Source: a virus
DNA length: 64,000 nucleotides
Direction: 5' to 3' (one strand)
Virus record (IMG/VR): IMGVR_UViG_3300009168_000041
Span: 23,601-87,600 of that record
In this document: piece after piece, positions 29,092-39,498 of the stretch
How positions within the stretch are numbered: position 1 is the first letter of the stretch
How the letters are laid out: each line of letters starts with the position of its first letter
Made by a program: the position numbers and the translations under genes
The notes under the pieces: generated by a model
The model's input: the letters and a program-made list of their open reading frames with translations, nothing else
Databases searched by the model: none
Told to the model about the DNA's origin: nothing

Positions 29092-30035
29092 GCGGAACAA
29101 TCACAATACCAGCTTCTGGTGGAAGCTTCGATATTGAGGAACTTGACGGCCCAAAGCTTTCGGGAACGCGCGACGGGCCCACCGGCATCCGCACCTTTAA
29201 GGTGCCGTGGACAAAAGTGGAGGCGTTTTTGGGATACGTCTTTCCTCCTATCGTCAATCGCGGCACGGCATGGTCGTTTCCCGACCCGCAGACATTCACT
29301 TTGGGCACCAGTCCGTCGTTTAGTCATCTGTTGGCAATCGCCTATGAAGTCGAGCCCTTCGATCCAGATGCGACGACTGGAATAGACGCGAACAATTTGC
29401 GGAACTATCTTGATACCGTCGGGTCCAGAATAACAATCTCCTATGGACCGGCACCATACGACAAAAGCCGAAAGGACTGGATTGCCAAGGGGTCGTCTCT
29501 GTGCGTCGATTGGTCTACGGAATTTTCCGCCCAAATGCTGCGGCTAGGAAAGCCAGGATGGGTGTGGGTAACGCAGGTATCGAAGCCGCCTATCAAAAGC
29601 GAAGAGGTTTCTTTGGGAAAGATGGTTCCGTGCGAGGAGCACAACCTGGAGTGGTTGTATGTTCCCGAGCCGCCGCTCAATACGATCCGTGCTACGATCG
29701 GATGCGTGAACAATGATAAGTTCTTGTTCAACGCGCCGCCGGAGACGCTCTTGCTTGTCGGCGCGCGGACGAGACGGTCGTGGACGGTCACCGGGCAGGA
29801 GTGCTACACAGTGAGCTATAAGATCCTCGACAGGTGGATCAAGTCATCCGTGCAGCCTTACGTGGGGTGGAATTTCGTGTGGAATCCCGACAGGAACCCG
29901 CCGGGATGGGACCAGCCGGCGTATGCCAGTGGGTCAAGCGGCTCTGACAACTACGACAGTTACCTGTACAAGCGAATGGACTTCAAGGATTTGTTTAAGC
30001 GTGACGACACCTTCGACGTGAAGCAGCAAAACTGA
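29088..30035 (+). CDS. Tail tip/distal tail protein
   Basis: Directly after the tape measure; IGCVNN..F..PPETLL, GWN. Confidence 0.6.
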   Translation: MSGTITIPASGGSFDIEELDGPKLSGTRDGPTGIRTFKVPWTKVEAFLGYVFPPIVNRGTAWSFPDPQTFTLGTSPSFSHLLAIAYEVEPFDPDATTGIDANNLRNYLDTVGSRITISYGPAPYDKSRKDWIAKGSSLCVDWSTEFSAQMLRLGKPGWVWVTQVSKPPIKSEEVSLGKMVPCEEHNLEWLYVPEPPLNTIRATIGCVNNDKFLFNAPPETLLLVGARTRRSWTVTGQECYTVSYKILDRWIKSSVQPYVGWNFVWNPDRNPPGWDQPAYASGSSGSDNYDSYLYKRMDFKDLFKRDDTFDVKQQN

Positions 30036-30982
30036 TGAACGCCGACTACATTCGCAAGTATGACATTCCAATTCCTGGTCGGGCACCCCACGGCGCTCCG
30101 GTTGGAATTCGGCGCGCATTTCAGCGGGAGAATATAGGAGATTTGCGATCACTGCTTGAAGGCGTCAACGAATCGGTCGGGATTGACGCCAGTGTGCCGC
30201 AACAAACTCTCATCATCCAACTCATGGAACTTGACGAGGATTTGCCGGCTTATGACGAATCAGCAACGCCAGACGACAATGGCGTCATGCCGTGGGACGG
30301 CAAGAAGGCGACGCCGCTATACTGGGACGCCGCGGGGAAGAAGTTTGCGCGGATCGAGTCGCAACAGAAGTTGAACGTGTGCAACCCGTATGAGTTACGG
30401 CATTACCATTATCATGACCGCGTGCCACTCCTGTATCTTCCGCAAGCGGTAAAGTGGGTGCCAACTCGATACGGAGAGGAATCCACTGGTGTCGTCATCG
30501 CGAATCCATCTCAGATGACCATTCCAAGTGATGGTTCGGCTGCACACATTAAATGGGAGTTAGGCGCATACGGCGCGTATGGTCCAGATGGCACTTCCAT
30601 TGACGACAACGGAGATATCGTACTTTCTCCATCATGGAGCGGCACGCTTCTGAAAGCACACTTCAATCTGGTGACATACGGGCCGTGGGCTTCAGGAGAG
30701 GGACCGTGGCATGGTCTTGTAATGTTTGGTCGTTATAGCGGTTCGTCTTCAGGCTCGGGCGCGTTATCCTCAATAATCGCGTCAGCACAAACCAATTTCT
30801 ATCCAGGAGGATCCAGCGGTAACGTCGGGTACCATGTGCTCTCTGGCTTTGAGATATTCATCCCGGTAGGCGACGGAGAAACACTCTCCTATGGAATCAT
30901 GCAATTGAAGGGAAGCACCAATCCTTCAATTACTCCCATCGGTCTTACGTCGGGAGTATGTTACATTGAGCCCGTTGTGTAG
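30035..30982 (+). CDS. Tail tip or receptor-binding candidate
   Basis: Last gene of the tail operon; beta/Gly-rich C-terminus. Confidence 0.5.
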   Translation: MNADYIRKYDIPIPGRAPHGAPVGIRRAFQRENIGDLRSLLEGVNESVGIDASVPQQTLIIQLMELDEDLPAYDESATPDDNGVMPWDGKKATPLYWDAAGKKFARIESQQKLNVCNPYELRHYHYHDRVPLLYLPQAVKWVPTRYGEESTGVVIANPSQMTIPSDGSAAHIKWELGAYGAYGPDGTSIDDNGDIVLSPSWSGTLLKAHFNLVTYGPWASGEGPWHGLVMFGRYSGSSSGSGALSSIIASAQTNFYPGGSSGNVGYHVLSGFEIFIPVGDGETLSYGIMQLKGSTNPSITPIGLTSGVCYIEPVV

Positions 30983-30998
30983 CATCGATAGTATCCGG

Positions 30999-31463
30999 CT
31001 ACCACATTCCCTCTCCAGGAACGGGCGTATAGAGTGGAACGTAGGCTCCTGATATCTGGCAAGTTCCGTTGCCGCCGAAAGTCGCATTGACGTTTGCCGG
31101 TAGTGCCGAGCGAGGATGGAGAATAGCACCTTGCCAGACTGCGCAAACGGGAGACGGATTCCATGCCAGCGTCCAGTAGTAGCCTGCGCTGGACCAAAAC
31201 AAGACGCTTTCGGGCCGCCAATTGATTGCGGTTCCCGTGGCCGAAACGTACACCGTCACGTAAACCTGCCAAGGGCCAAGTTGCTTCACCACGGTTCTTC
31301 GGTACACCGTCATGCCGGATTGGATGCTATCAAGCACGAGAGTGTAATGGCCGTTCAGCGGGGAATTTATCCGCGAATTGTCTTGGACTCCGCTGATTGT
31401 AACCTCGCACGTTCCGACCGATTGAAACAGCGCGACCGACAGGAAAAGACCAAACAGATTCAT
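30999..31463 (-). CDS. Secreted or exported protein (moron)
   Basis: AAGGAG RBS; signal peptide MNLFGLFLSVALFQSVG; opposite strand. Confidence 0.55.
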   Translation of the reverse strand: MNLFGLFLSVALFQSVGTCEVTISGVQDNSRINSPLNGHYTLVLDSIQSGMTVYRRTVVKQLGPWQVYVTVYVSATGTAINWRPESVLFWSSAGYYWTLAWNPSPVCAVWQGAILHPRSALPANVNATFGGNGTCQISGAYVPLYTPVPGEGMW

Positions 31464-31841
31464 GGAACACTCCTTCCCGGCGAGCCGGGAGAAAACGAGC
31501 CTTGCCACCGCCACCAGCCGCGGCTAGGCTTTGGGGTAGAAGAGTCGGCATGACCTTCGCCTCATCGCCGATTCTCTGAGCCCGGCGGACCACCCGCTGG
31601 GCTCTTCTATTTTACTCGGCCGGCAATCGCCAGTGTCAATAATCCCGTCGCGAATTCTACCGCCGAATTCCGCTGCGGTTATTTATTGTCGGTTATGGGT
31701 GGCATTATCCATTCGGATTTCGCCAGTTTCCCTTGACTTTACTACCCGCAATCGGCGAAACTACTCCCTTGGCGGTCTGGATGCCTATTCTCACGGCACC
31801 AGACGCCAGCATTACAGGCATTTGTCGTTCAGGGCGAGAAC

Positions 31842-32615
31842 ATGATGCCGGTCTTCCCACCCATCCAAGCTACTCCAGCTTGTCTAGTCGTTATCCCGGC
31901 CAGGATGGAATCCCAGCGATTCCCCGGCAAACCGCTGGCCGACGCGGCGGGCCACCCGCTTATCTGGCACGCCTGGCACGCCGCTGTGACGTGGCCGCGG
32001 GCTACGTCTGTGGTTGTAGCATCCCCGGATGACGCGATTCTGGACGCAGCCAGGGCGTTTGGCGCGGTCACTCAGCATACCTCCCCAGATTGCCGGTGCG
32101 GCAGTCAGCGGGCATTCGAGGTGTGGCAGCGAAACCCGAAATACCCAGTCTTGATAAACCTCCAGGCGGACGAGCCGCTCGTCACCCACGAAATGTTGGA
32201 TGCTTTGGCGTTTGCCGCCCGGCCGCAAGGCGGCACCACCATTGCCACACTGGCCGCCTCGTTTCCGGCCGGGCTGCCGACGCCGGACCCCAATGAAGTC
32301 AAGGTGATTTCCAGTCGTTTCGGCCGGGCCCTCTATTTCACCCGACATCCCATCGTCGGATCGCAGCGGCACATCGGCGTCTATGCGTTCAGCGGGCGAG
32401 GGATCTCGTTCATCAGCAACATTCCTGAGTCGGCGATTGGGGCGGCCGAGCGTCTGGAGCAGCTCGACTGGCTTGACGCGGGTTGGGACATACACGTGCA
32501 TAAGATTTCCGAGGCCCCGCTGAGCGTGAATACGCCGAGGGACTTGGATCGGTTGAAAGAGCGGTTGAAAGAACGGTTGAATGAGCAGACGAAAGAACAA
32601 GGGGAGGCAGCTTGA
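31842..32615 (+). CDS. kdsB: CMP-Kdo synthetase-like cytidylyltransferase
   Basis: IPARMESQRFPGKPL, NLQADEP, VKV, RALYF, HIGVYAF, ERLEQL, SVNTPRDL. Confidence 0.88.
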   Translation: MMPVFPPIQATPACLVVIPARMESQRFPGKPLADAAGHPLIWHAWHAAVTWPRATSVVVASPDDAILDAARAFGAVTQHTSPDCRCGSQRAFEVWQRNPKYPVLINLQADEPLVTHEMLDALAFAARPQGGTTIATLAASFPAGLPTPDPNEVKVISSRFGRALYFTRHPIVGSQRHIGVYAFSGRGISFISNIPESAIGAAERLEQLDWLDAGWDIHVHKISEAPLSVNTPRDLDRLKERLKERLNEQTKEQGEAA

Positions 32616-33544
32616 CCCAGCCCACCACCGTTAACCGCTTCGGAATGCTCAGCACTTGGGAGGATGTCTGCCACGGCGGGCACTGCTTCTTGCTTTGCGG
32701 CGGCCCGTCGATTCACACCATCGTGCCCGATAAGTCGGTGCTTCAGCATCGCGGCATTGTGACCTTCGCGTTCAACAATGTAGCGGCCTTGGTTCGGCCT
32801 AACTTCTGGACATACGGCGACTCGACCCGCAAGTTTCACGACGCGATATGGAAAGACCCGGGGATTATCAAGTTCGTTCCCTACCCGAAAATGGACAACA
32901 AGGTGCGGGAAAAGCGGCCCGACGCCGGCTTCGTTGAGACGGAGCTTCGCCCGCGTCAGTGCCCGGGGATCGTGGGCATTTCCCGCAACTCGGATATGAA
33001 TCCCGAGGGGTACTTGACGGAAGACACAATCAATTGGGGCGTCGGGGCCGATTCTCTGGTCAGACGGCTTACCCCCTGGTTGAAAGAAAACTTGAAGTTG
33101 CCGGACGACCAGCTAAAGTGGAAGCACGTCCGCCCGCTCATCGACAGCGGCCGGGTGCCGTCGGACGTGTTCCATTCGCTCTGTCCGTATCCCAAAGTGC
33201 TCTCGACGATGTTCCAAGCGGTGCGGCTGGTGTACTTCCTCGGATTCCGCGTGTGTTACTTGCTCGGGGCCGACTTCTCGATGGGCCAAGAGCAGCACTA
33301 CGCATTCGATGAGACGGGCAACCCTGGCACGGTGCGCGGAAACAACGGCTCGTACCCGAAGATTAACGAGATTTTCGGCGTACTTCGGCCGCACTTTGAC
33401 GCGGCGAATTTCCAGGTGTTCAACTGCAATCCTCGCTCGCAACTGATGGCGTTCGATTACATCGACTTCGCGGACGCCTACGGGTGGGCGACGGAACTGA
33501 TGCCGAAGAGCATAGATACGAGTGGGTGGTATGAGAAAGACTGA
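32612..33544 (+). CDS. Maf/DUF115 (MptE-like) fold putative CMP-ulosonate transferase
   Basis: LLCGGPS, FAFNN, YGD, LGF..CYLLGADF, HYAF, VFNCNPRS. Confidence 0.6.
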   Translation: MTQPTTVNRFGMLSTWEDVCHGGHCFLLCGGPSIHTIVPDKSVLQHRGIVTFAFNNVAALVRPNFWTYGDSTRKFHDAIWKDPGIIKFVPYPKMDNKVREKRPDAGFVETELRPRQCPGIVGISRNSDMNPEGYLTEDTINWGVGADSLVRRLTPWLKENLKLPDDQLKWKHVRPLIDSGRVPSDVFHSLCPYPKVLSTMFQAVRLVYFLGFRVCYLLGADFSMGQEQHYAFDETGNPGTVRGNNGSYPKINEIFGVLRPHFDAANFQVFNCNPRSQLMAFDYIDFADAYGWATELMPKSIDTSGWYEKD

Positions 33545-33765
33545 CTGGCTTGATGTTGCTACATCGTTAGCTAACGCTATTCTGAGCGGCAAAGTAGCCA
33601 TACAGATTGAGACGTATGACTGTCTTGAGCCGCTCTCACCAGAGGAAAGCAAAAAATTCAGCGTCTCAAATAGACAACGGCGGGGATGGATATTTCGATG
33701 CATCACAATGGAGCCGAAAGAAGGCTGACATGGATGAAACAGAACTAAGATAAGCCAATTCTACA

Positions 33766-34011
33766 ATGCCCAAAGCCACGCAACACGTCTTCGATCGCTT
33801 TCTAAAAGCAACACAGGCCGCTAACTTTTGTCTCACGAAGACACCCGTGGCTGGTTCGTTGAAGGGCGTCATTTACGAAACACGCCTGATAGTGAAATGG
33901 ACTTCCTGGCACCATGATGGATTGCAGTGTAAACATGAGTACGTTATATCTGGCAAGTCGCCAGTAGACGTACTACAGCGATACCTCGACGAACCGAAAG
34001 GAACCCTATGA
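33766..34011 (+). CDS. Hypothetical protein
   Basis: ORF ATGA-coupled to the next gene. Confidence 0.45.
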   Translation: MPKATQHVFDRFLKATQAANFCLTKTPVAGSLKGVIYETRLIVKWTSWHHDGLQCKHEYVISGKSPVDVLQRYLDEPKGTL

Positions 34012-34532
34012 CCGACGAATTTTCCCCGCGCTCGACGACTACCAGCGACTTCTCGCAACCGCTCAAGGAAGCCGTCCAGGACGCCATTGCTGACGGTCTT
34101 CTCCAGCCGAAGACACTCACCACATTCGAGCCGGCATCCGACCCCGTGGCCGCGGCCCACGGTGCTAAGAAATTCCAGCCGCACTTTGCCGACGCCGAGG
34201 TGCAGGCCGCGCTCGATAAGGCCGCCGTTGCGGGAATGTGGTATGTCGCGATCCATTTCATCGCGTCCAAGGAACAGTCGCAACCGGACGGTACGACGCG
34301 GCTCGTGCGAACACTCAATCACTTTTTCAAGCCGAGCGACCGGTTCCCGAACATGGAAAACTTTCACGACGGCGAGACGGGCCGCGACGATCCGGCGATT
34401 GCTCACTGCGCCGTCAAATGCATGGAAGACGCCAAGAAGCGGCTCGCGGCCATGCGAGAGCAAGCGATTGCCGGGCTGAGCGGGCTGGCGAATTTCGGGC
34501 CGAATGAACCAATTGAAGACGAGAGGGACTGA
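34008..34532 (+). CDS. Hypothetical protein
   Basis: AAAGGA RBS; phage-like codon usage. Confidence 0.6.
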   Translation: MTDEFSPRSTTTSDFSQPLKEAVQDAIADGLLQPKTLTTFEPASDPVAAAHGAKKFQPHFADAEVQAALDKAAVAGMWYVAIHFIASKEQSQPDGTTRLVRTLNHFFKPSDRFPNMENFHDGETGRDDPAIAHCAVKCMEDAKKRLAAMREQAIAGLSGLANFGPNEPIEDERD

Positions 34533-34814
34533 GGCGAGAAGGAGTGAGAAGAAAGAGATTGCGATGAAAGGGGCTAAATGGGGCTCGAATCGCTGGAAGA
34601 GCTTCTAGGCCATCTAGTGCGTTCTGGATGCTGCTTCCGACTGGAGAAGAGGCACAACGGGCCCGGTGGTTATGAGTTAACCGCTATGCGGACTAGCGAC
34701 GATATTGAGCCCGTGTTAGTTCTGGATGTACGAGCCGGCACGCTTGATGGGCTGGTGTTGGCGGCGGACAGCGAATTGAATGGAGGAACGGGCGAAACCC
34801 GATGAGCTACAGTA

Positions 34815-35069
34815 ATGCCTGACTTTACCACGTTCGACGACCTCATGCGTTTTTGGGAAGATCGGCGATGGATCGTCGATATCGGCCACGACCGCGAGTA
34901 TGGATGGTGCCTAGATGTGCTTACTAGCGATCACCACGGGGCTCCAGAAGTACACGTATGCGACGTAGGTGGTCTGGATGAAGATGTGTTGCATTTTGAC
35001 GAATTGATCGCAGAGGCACGCAAGCAAACGCTAGCATATCTTGCCAAGGTGGAATCTGGCGATGCCTGA
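34815..35069 (+). CDS. Hypothetical protein
   Basis: ORF within the operon. Confidence 0.5.
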   Translation: MPDFTTFDDLMRFWEDRRWIVDIGHDREYGWCLDVLTSDHHGAPEVHVCDVGGLDEDVLHFDELIAEARKQTLAYLAKVESGDA

Positions 35070-35451
35070 GTCAATACACGAGTCAATGCCTGAGTCTTCT
35101 ATCTGGGGCACTTGGGTCCGTGTCTACTGCGATGCTTGCGTAGAGCTTCGCATCCTGCAAATTCAGAAGGGCGGTTTTTCTTCGCCGCACTGCCACCACA
35201 CGAAAGCGAACGTCTTCCACGTCGCCCGGGGCCGCGTCAAGTTGCGGATGTGGGTGCAAGACGACCAGGTAGTTGAGCACCTTGCCGCGCCCGAGGGCCA
35301 ACCGCCATGCGTGCCCGCGGGCGTTATGCACCAGTTTCATGCCCTGGAAGATAGCGTCGTGTACGAGATATCCGTTGCCGAGTCGGGGCGGGTAATGGAC
35401 CCGGATGAAATTGAACGGCATGGGCCGTCGGGAGTGCAAGACAGCCAATGA
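35062..35451 (+). CDS. Cupin protein (sugar isomerase-like)
   Basis: SSPHCHHTK..FHV..G, VPAGVMHQFHALEDSVVYEIS. Confidence 0.8.
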   Translation: MPESIHESMPESSIWGTWVRVYCDACVELRILQIQKGGFSSPHCHHTKANVFHVARGRVKLRMWVQDDQVVEHLAAPEGQPPCVPAGVMHQFHALEDSVVYEISVAESGRVMDPDEIERHGPSGVQDSQ

Positions 35452-35755
35452 CCAAAGACCTGAAAATCAAGGCTCTCAAAGCGAAAGTCGCCACACTATC
35501 CAGCCAACTTCGGCAGTCCGAAGCGGCTGTGCGGGCGCTGGGCCAGCAGTGCGAGGAGTTGAGGCGGCAGGCGAGGAAGTACGGGAATGGGAAAGCATGA
35601 AACGCGCCGTAGTTGAAGGGAAGTGGATCCCGCAATGTATCGAGGATGCAACATGGGGATTGATGTTCGTTTTTGTTGTTATTCCTTTTACGATTCTTGG
35701 TATTCCGTTCTGGTTTCTAGGGTGGCTTCTTCGGAAGATTTGGAGATAACAAGGA

Positions 35756-36376
35756 ATGACCGATCCTCCCCTTCAAGGTTGGGACATCCTCCACAGTCTC
35801 ATCGTCGAATTACAAACTCGCAAGGCCAAAGGCATCGCCCCAACAACGCCACTCTCACTCCCACTCACCGGGGCGGAAATTGGCGTATCCCGTGGCTGGA
35901 CGAGCGAACATCTTTTGCGGGCGTTCCCGACGTTGACACTCTACCTGATTGACTGGTGGGGTCATCCAGAAGCAACCAGCGTCTACGCCAAGAGCGGCGA
36001 CGGCCACGCAAAGCTGACGCTTGCCGAACAGCAAGAGCACCGATTGCAGGCCGAGCAGCGGACGTTATTCGCCAAGGAGCGGAGGTTCGTCTGGGCCAGT
36101 GATAGCGTCAAGGCGGCTGAGGCGATGCTGTCTGGGCATCTCGACTTCGCGTTCATCGACGGCGACCACACGTATCCAGGCGTGCGGCGGGACTTGGAGG
36201 CGTGGTATCCCAAGGTGCGGGCCGGCGGGCTCGTACTGATGCACGATATTGACCACCCGCGAGACCGACGCGGGCTGTGGGGCGTCCGTAAGGCGGCCGA
36301 AGAATTCTGTCAGGAACGTGGGGTGACGCTGACAGTTAACAGCAAGGCGACGCTAGGGTGGTTTTGGAAAGGTTGA
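35756..36376 (+). CDS. Class I SAM methyltransferase (paralog of 9140-9721)
   Basis: GAEIGVSRG, LIDWW, FIDGDHTY, VRAGG...HD. Confidence 0.9.
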   Translation: MTDPPLQGWDILHSLIVELQTRKAKGIAPTTPLSLPLTGAEIGVSRGWTSEHLLRAFPTLTLYLIDWWGHPEATSVYAKSGDGHAKLTLAEQQEHRLQAEQRTLFAKERRFVWASDSVKAAEAMLSGHLDFAFIDGDHTYPGVRRDLEAWYPKVRAGGLVLMHDIDHPRDRRGLWGVRKAAEEFCQERGVTLTVNSKATLGWFWKG

Positions 36377-36393
36377 AAAGGCACACAAGAACA

Positions 36394-37179
36394 ATGGCAA
36401 TACTCACCCCTCCCCCCTTCACTACCGTCGTGGCCGTTGACATGGCCCACTTCCAGGAATTCCGCCTCGCGTCCCAAACGTGGCGAAAGAACCGGCCGGA
36501 AATGTGGACAAACCCCATGCTCATCTTCGCCGATACCAGTCTCCGCGGCGAGTCCATTGGCTGGTGGGCCCGCAAGTTGCACCAGGCGTGCGACCACCCG
36601 GCCCTTCGCGTTGTCGGCTGGCCGGACGTGAAGCCGCTGCCAGGGCAGCCGGATGCAAGCCAGCGGCACCGGATGCTGTCGGTGTTTGTGTATGGGGTTG
36701 CCGAGGAAGTGAAGACGGCATACTTTCTCAAGATCGACACTGATACCCTCTGTATCAAGTCCGAAAACCGCTGGCACGAAAACTGGTGGAATGAGACTAA
36801 CCCTTTTGTTTTCGTCACGAGCGCATGGGGGTACTCGAAAAGTATCGACCGGTGGCACCGGCTAAAGGCGTGGGGCGCCACGGTGCCGCAGTTGCGGGAC
36901 TTGCCGGAAGTCGAGGGCGAAGAGAATCCACTTAAGGACCACGTTCGCCACGGCCGAATTATCAGCTTCTTCTTCTGGGGTCAGACGGAGTTTATGCGCG
37001 AACTGGAGAAGTTGGCCCCGGGACCGCTCATGCCGATCGACAGCCAGGATGGGTTTGTGTGGTACTGCGCTAAGCGGCTGGGGCGGAGGTTTGCGGCGGT
37101 GCGCATAAAGAAATTTGGTCTTTTCCACGGGGCGCGTGGAATGGAAAAGCGGGTGAAGGCGATAATGGAGGAGAAGTGA
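36394..37179 (+). CDS. GT-A glycosyltransferase
   Basis: YFLKIDTD, SQD, FHG. Confidence 0.6.
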   Translation: MAILTPPPFTTVVAVDMAHFQEFRLASQTWRKNRPEMWTNPMLIFADTSLRGESIGWWARKLHQACDHPALRVVGWPDVKPLPGQPDASQRHRMLSVFVYGVAEEVKTAYFLKIDTDTLCIKSENRWHENWWNETNPFVFVTSAWGYSKSIDRWHRLKAWGATVPQLRDLPEVEGEENPLKDHVRHGRIISFFFWGQTEFMRELEKLAPGPLMPIDSQDGFVWYCAKRLGRRFAAVRIKKFGLFHGARGMEKRVKAIMEEK

Positions 37180-37180
37180 T

Positions 37181-37417
37181 ATGGCACAGCTTGGCGATAT
37201 GGTAGTGGCGGAAATCACGGTTCAGAAAGTAAGTGTCAAGGCCGCCTCGTTCGTTTTGGAACTAGACGGGCTCAAGGTTGTTCGCATGGAGTTAGATGGG
37301 CATCCACTGACTGACTTGACAACTCTATCGCTTCATGTGGATTGGGAGTCTGCCGTTCAGCCGATACTATGCACGACCGTACCGCGGCTGCAACTTGAGC
37401 GGCTATTGATGAAGTAG
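37181..37417 (+). CDS. Hypothetical protein
   Basis: GGAGGAG upstream; short ORF. Confidence 0.45.
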   Translation: MAQLGDMVVAEITVQKVSVKAASFVLELDGLKVVRMELDGHPLTDLTTLSLHVDWESAVQPILCTTVPRLQLERLLMK

Positions 37418-37445
37418 ACGCAGGCGATTGTCGTGGAGAAGTGAC

Positions 37446-37703
37446 ATGGCCAAGTACCGCCACAAGCCGCTCATTGTAGAAGCCGAGCAGTGGTTTCCAG
37501 ACAAGCCGCATGACCTTGTGTTGTATCCGGTCGTTCAGTGGGATGGATGCCCAAGCCTGGATGACGACGAAGGGTTGTTTATGTGTACGGGGCTCACTCC
37601 GGGAGAGATCGTTCATCCCGGAGACTGGATTGTCACAGACAGAGACGGCTTTCATTCGTTGTATTGGGAGGCACATTTCGAGAACTGCTATGAACCAGTT
37701 TGA
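37446..37703 (+). CDS. Small phage protein (PGDWIV motif)
   Basis: KYRHKPLIVEAEQW...VHPGDWIV...FENCYEPV. Confidence 0.7.
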   Translation: MAKYRHKPLIVEAEQWFPDKPHDLVLYPVVQWDGCPSLDDDEGLFMCTGLTPGEIVHPGDWIVTDRDGFHSLYWEAHFENCYEPV

Positions 37704-38562
37704 TCGCTCCATCATTCCCGCAAGTCTTACGGATATGCGTGGCATCACCTACCTTGCCCTCGGCCGACGCATTCCCGCCGTGCTCGCCGTCAGTCTCCGC
37801 ACGCTCCGCCGGCACTGGCAAGGGCCCGTGACGCTCTTTGTCGATGACGCCGCCGCCCCATTCGTCGCCCGTATTGCCGCCGACTGCGACCCTCCGATAT
37901 GTGTCGTCAATTACAACCCGCCGCCGTATCGGGCCTATACCGTCAAGCCACACCTGCCGCAACTATCGCACTACGACTACACGATCCAAGTGGACGCCGA
38001 CACCCTCTGGATGAAATCGCCACAACAGCTATTCGACTTGTTGAAGCCGGGGCTAACTATCGTGACGAAATTCTCTGGTTGGCTGACCACTGGCAACCGA
38101 ATGCGAGGCCGAATCGAGGAGTGGTGGACAAAGGACCGTCAGAAGGTTGAAGCGTGTCTTGCGAAGCCGTGGCCGGCACTCAACACGGGCGTGGTCGCCT
38201 TCCACAAGGGGGCCAAAGTGGCGTGTGAAGTGTGGCTAGAAGAGACAATGAAAAACCCGAAGCAGTTCATCTCTGACGAAATTGCCGCGAATTTGCTGGT
38301 GCCGTTCTATGGGCCGAACGAACTGCTTGTGGTTAGCGACCGCTTCAACCGCTCGCCGAAATTTCCCGGCGGCAGTGACACGCCGATGTTGTACCACCAG
38401 CATGGCCAGAAGCATACGAAGGATCCGAAGATGCGGGCCGTGTGGCTGCCTGAGTTCACGGCGATGTACCGCGAGAACTGGGGCAGCGTCCGCGATTGGC
38501 TGCCGCTGTGTGCGGACAAGAGGCTGCACGAGTGGCTGAGAGAGAATCCGGCGAAGGAATGA
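37690..38562 (+). CDS. GT8-like glycosyltransferase
   Basis: VSLRTLRRHW, TIQVDADTL, LNTGVVAF, SDE, YHQHGQK. Confidence 0.75.
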   Translation: MNQFDRSIIPASLTDMRGITYLALGRRIPAVLAVSLRTLRRHWQGPVTLFVDDAAAPFVARIAADCDPPICVVNYNPPPYRAYTVKPHLPQLSHYDYTIQVDADTLWMKSPQQLFDLLKPGLTIVTKFSGWLTTGNRMRGRIEEWWTKDRQKVEACLAKPWPALNTGVVAFHKGAKVACEVWLEETMKNPKQFISDEIAANLLVPFYGPNELLVVSDRFNRSPKFPGGSDTPMLYHQHGQKHTKDPKMRAVWLPEFTAMYRENWGSVRDWLPLCADKRLHEWLRENPAKE

Positions 38563-39227
38563 CTTGGATTTGTCCACAATGTGGAGTCATTCAGCCTGGC
38601 GATGGCCGTATGCGCCGCATTGTCTCTTTATCGCCGTGGTTGAACTACCAATATTATCATGAATCACCGGCATGGATTTGCCAAGAGTGCGATATAGACA
38701 ATCACACAGTTCTTAACAAGCATGATCCGTTTTCTTACCATGCTTGTGGGTATATCTACCTCATTCAAGCACAATTGTCGTCTGTTTCACGACGACTCAA
38801 GATTGGACATGTTCAAGATAGTGATGGTGCCAAGAAACGGCTAAGTCAACTGCAAGTCGGATGCCCCGTTCTCTTAAAGATTTTGAGCGTTTTCCCTGGA
38901 GGTGTTGAAGAGGAAAAGAGATTACACAAAGTCTTTCGGCCATATCACGAGCGTGGGGAGTGGTTTAAGCTCGTTGGTCCCGTTATCGCATTTCGTAATT
39001 CCGCCCAAAAGTATTACGAGGCATGGCAGAATGCACCTTGTGTTACAGAACAGCAACAAAGTAAGCGGTCCTATTTTGCATGGGCGTTTTCTAAGTATCC
39101 GGATACGCGCTGGCATATTCCGAGACCTGAAGCCACGTCAAGACTAACGCAGACGCGGGGCCTGCCATTGTCGGCGGTGCAGGAGGAAAATGAAAACATG
39201 AAACACGAGTGGCTGAGAGAGAACCCG
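38527..39227 (+). repeat. 20-bp direct repeat (38527-38546, 39204-39223) bracketing the nuclease gene
   Basis: CACGAGTGGCTGAGAGAGAA twice, each followed by (T/C)CCG. Confidence 0.85.
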
Positions 39228-39251
39228 ATAGATGTAGAGGCGGCAACGTGA
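38559..39251 (+). CDS. GIY-YIG/T5orf172 (MUG113-like) nuclease domain protein
   Basis: YIYLIQ..LKIGH..KRLSQLQVGCP..L..EKRLH..F...RGEWF; lower GC. Confidence 0.8.
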   Translation: MTWICPQCGVIQPGDGRMRRIVSLSPWLNYQYYHESPAWICQECDIDNHTVLNKHDPFSYHACGYIYLIQAQLSSVSRRLKIGHVQDSDGAKKRLSQLQVGCPVLLKILSVFPGGVEEEKRLHKVFRPYHERGEWFKLVGPVIAFRNSAQKYYEAWQNAPCVTEQQQSKRSYFAWAFSKYPDTRWHIPRPEATSRLTQTRGLPLSAVQEENENMKHEWLRENPIDVEAAT

Positions 39252-39498
39252 CATACTCCCTTTGCACCTTCTGTCCAGCGACGCCGGCCCCGCGAACTGC
39301 GCGGCGGAAGAGCGACGGGATTATCATTCCCGTGTGTGAGCATTGTTATGCGCACATTCGACGCCGAAAGGACGAGGCTTTGGAAGTGACGGGGCCGAAG
39401 TGCGGACTGCCAGAGTATCCGGGGATTGCACGAGATACGTGGTAGGTGGACAATATGACCAATGTGCCTGATGTGCCCGCATAACATGGAGCCAAAAA

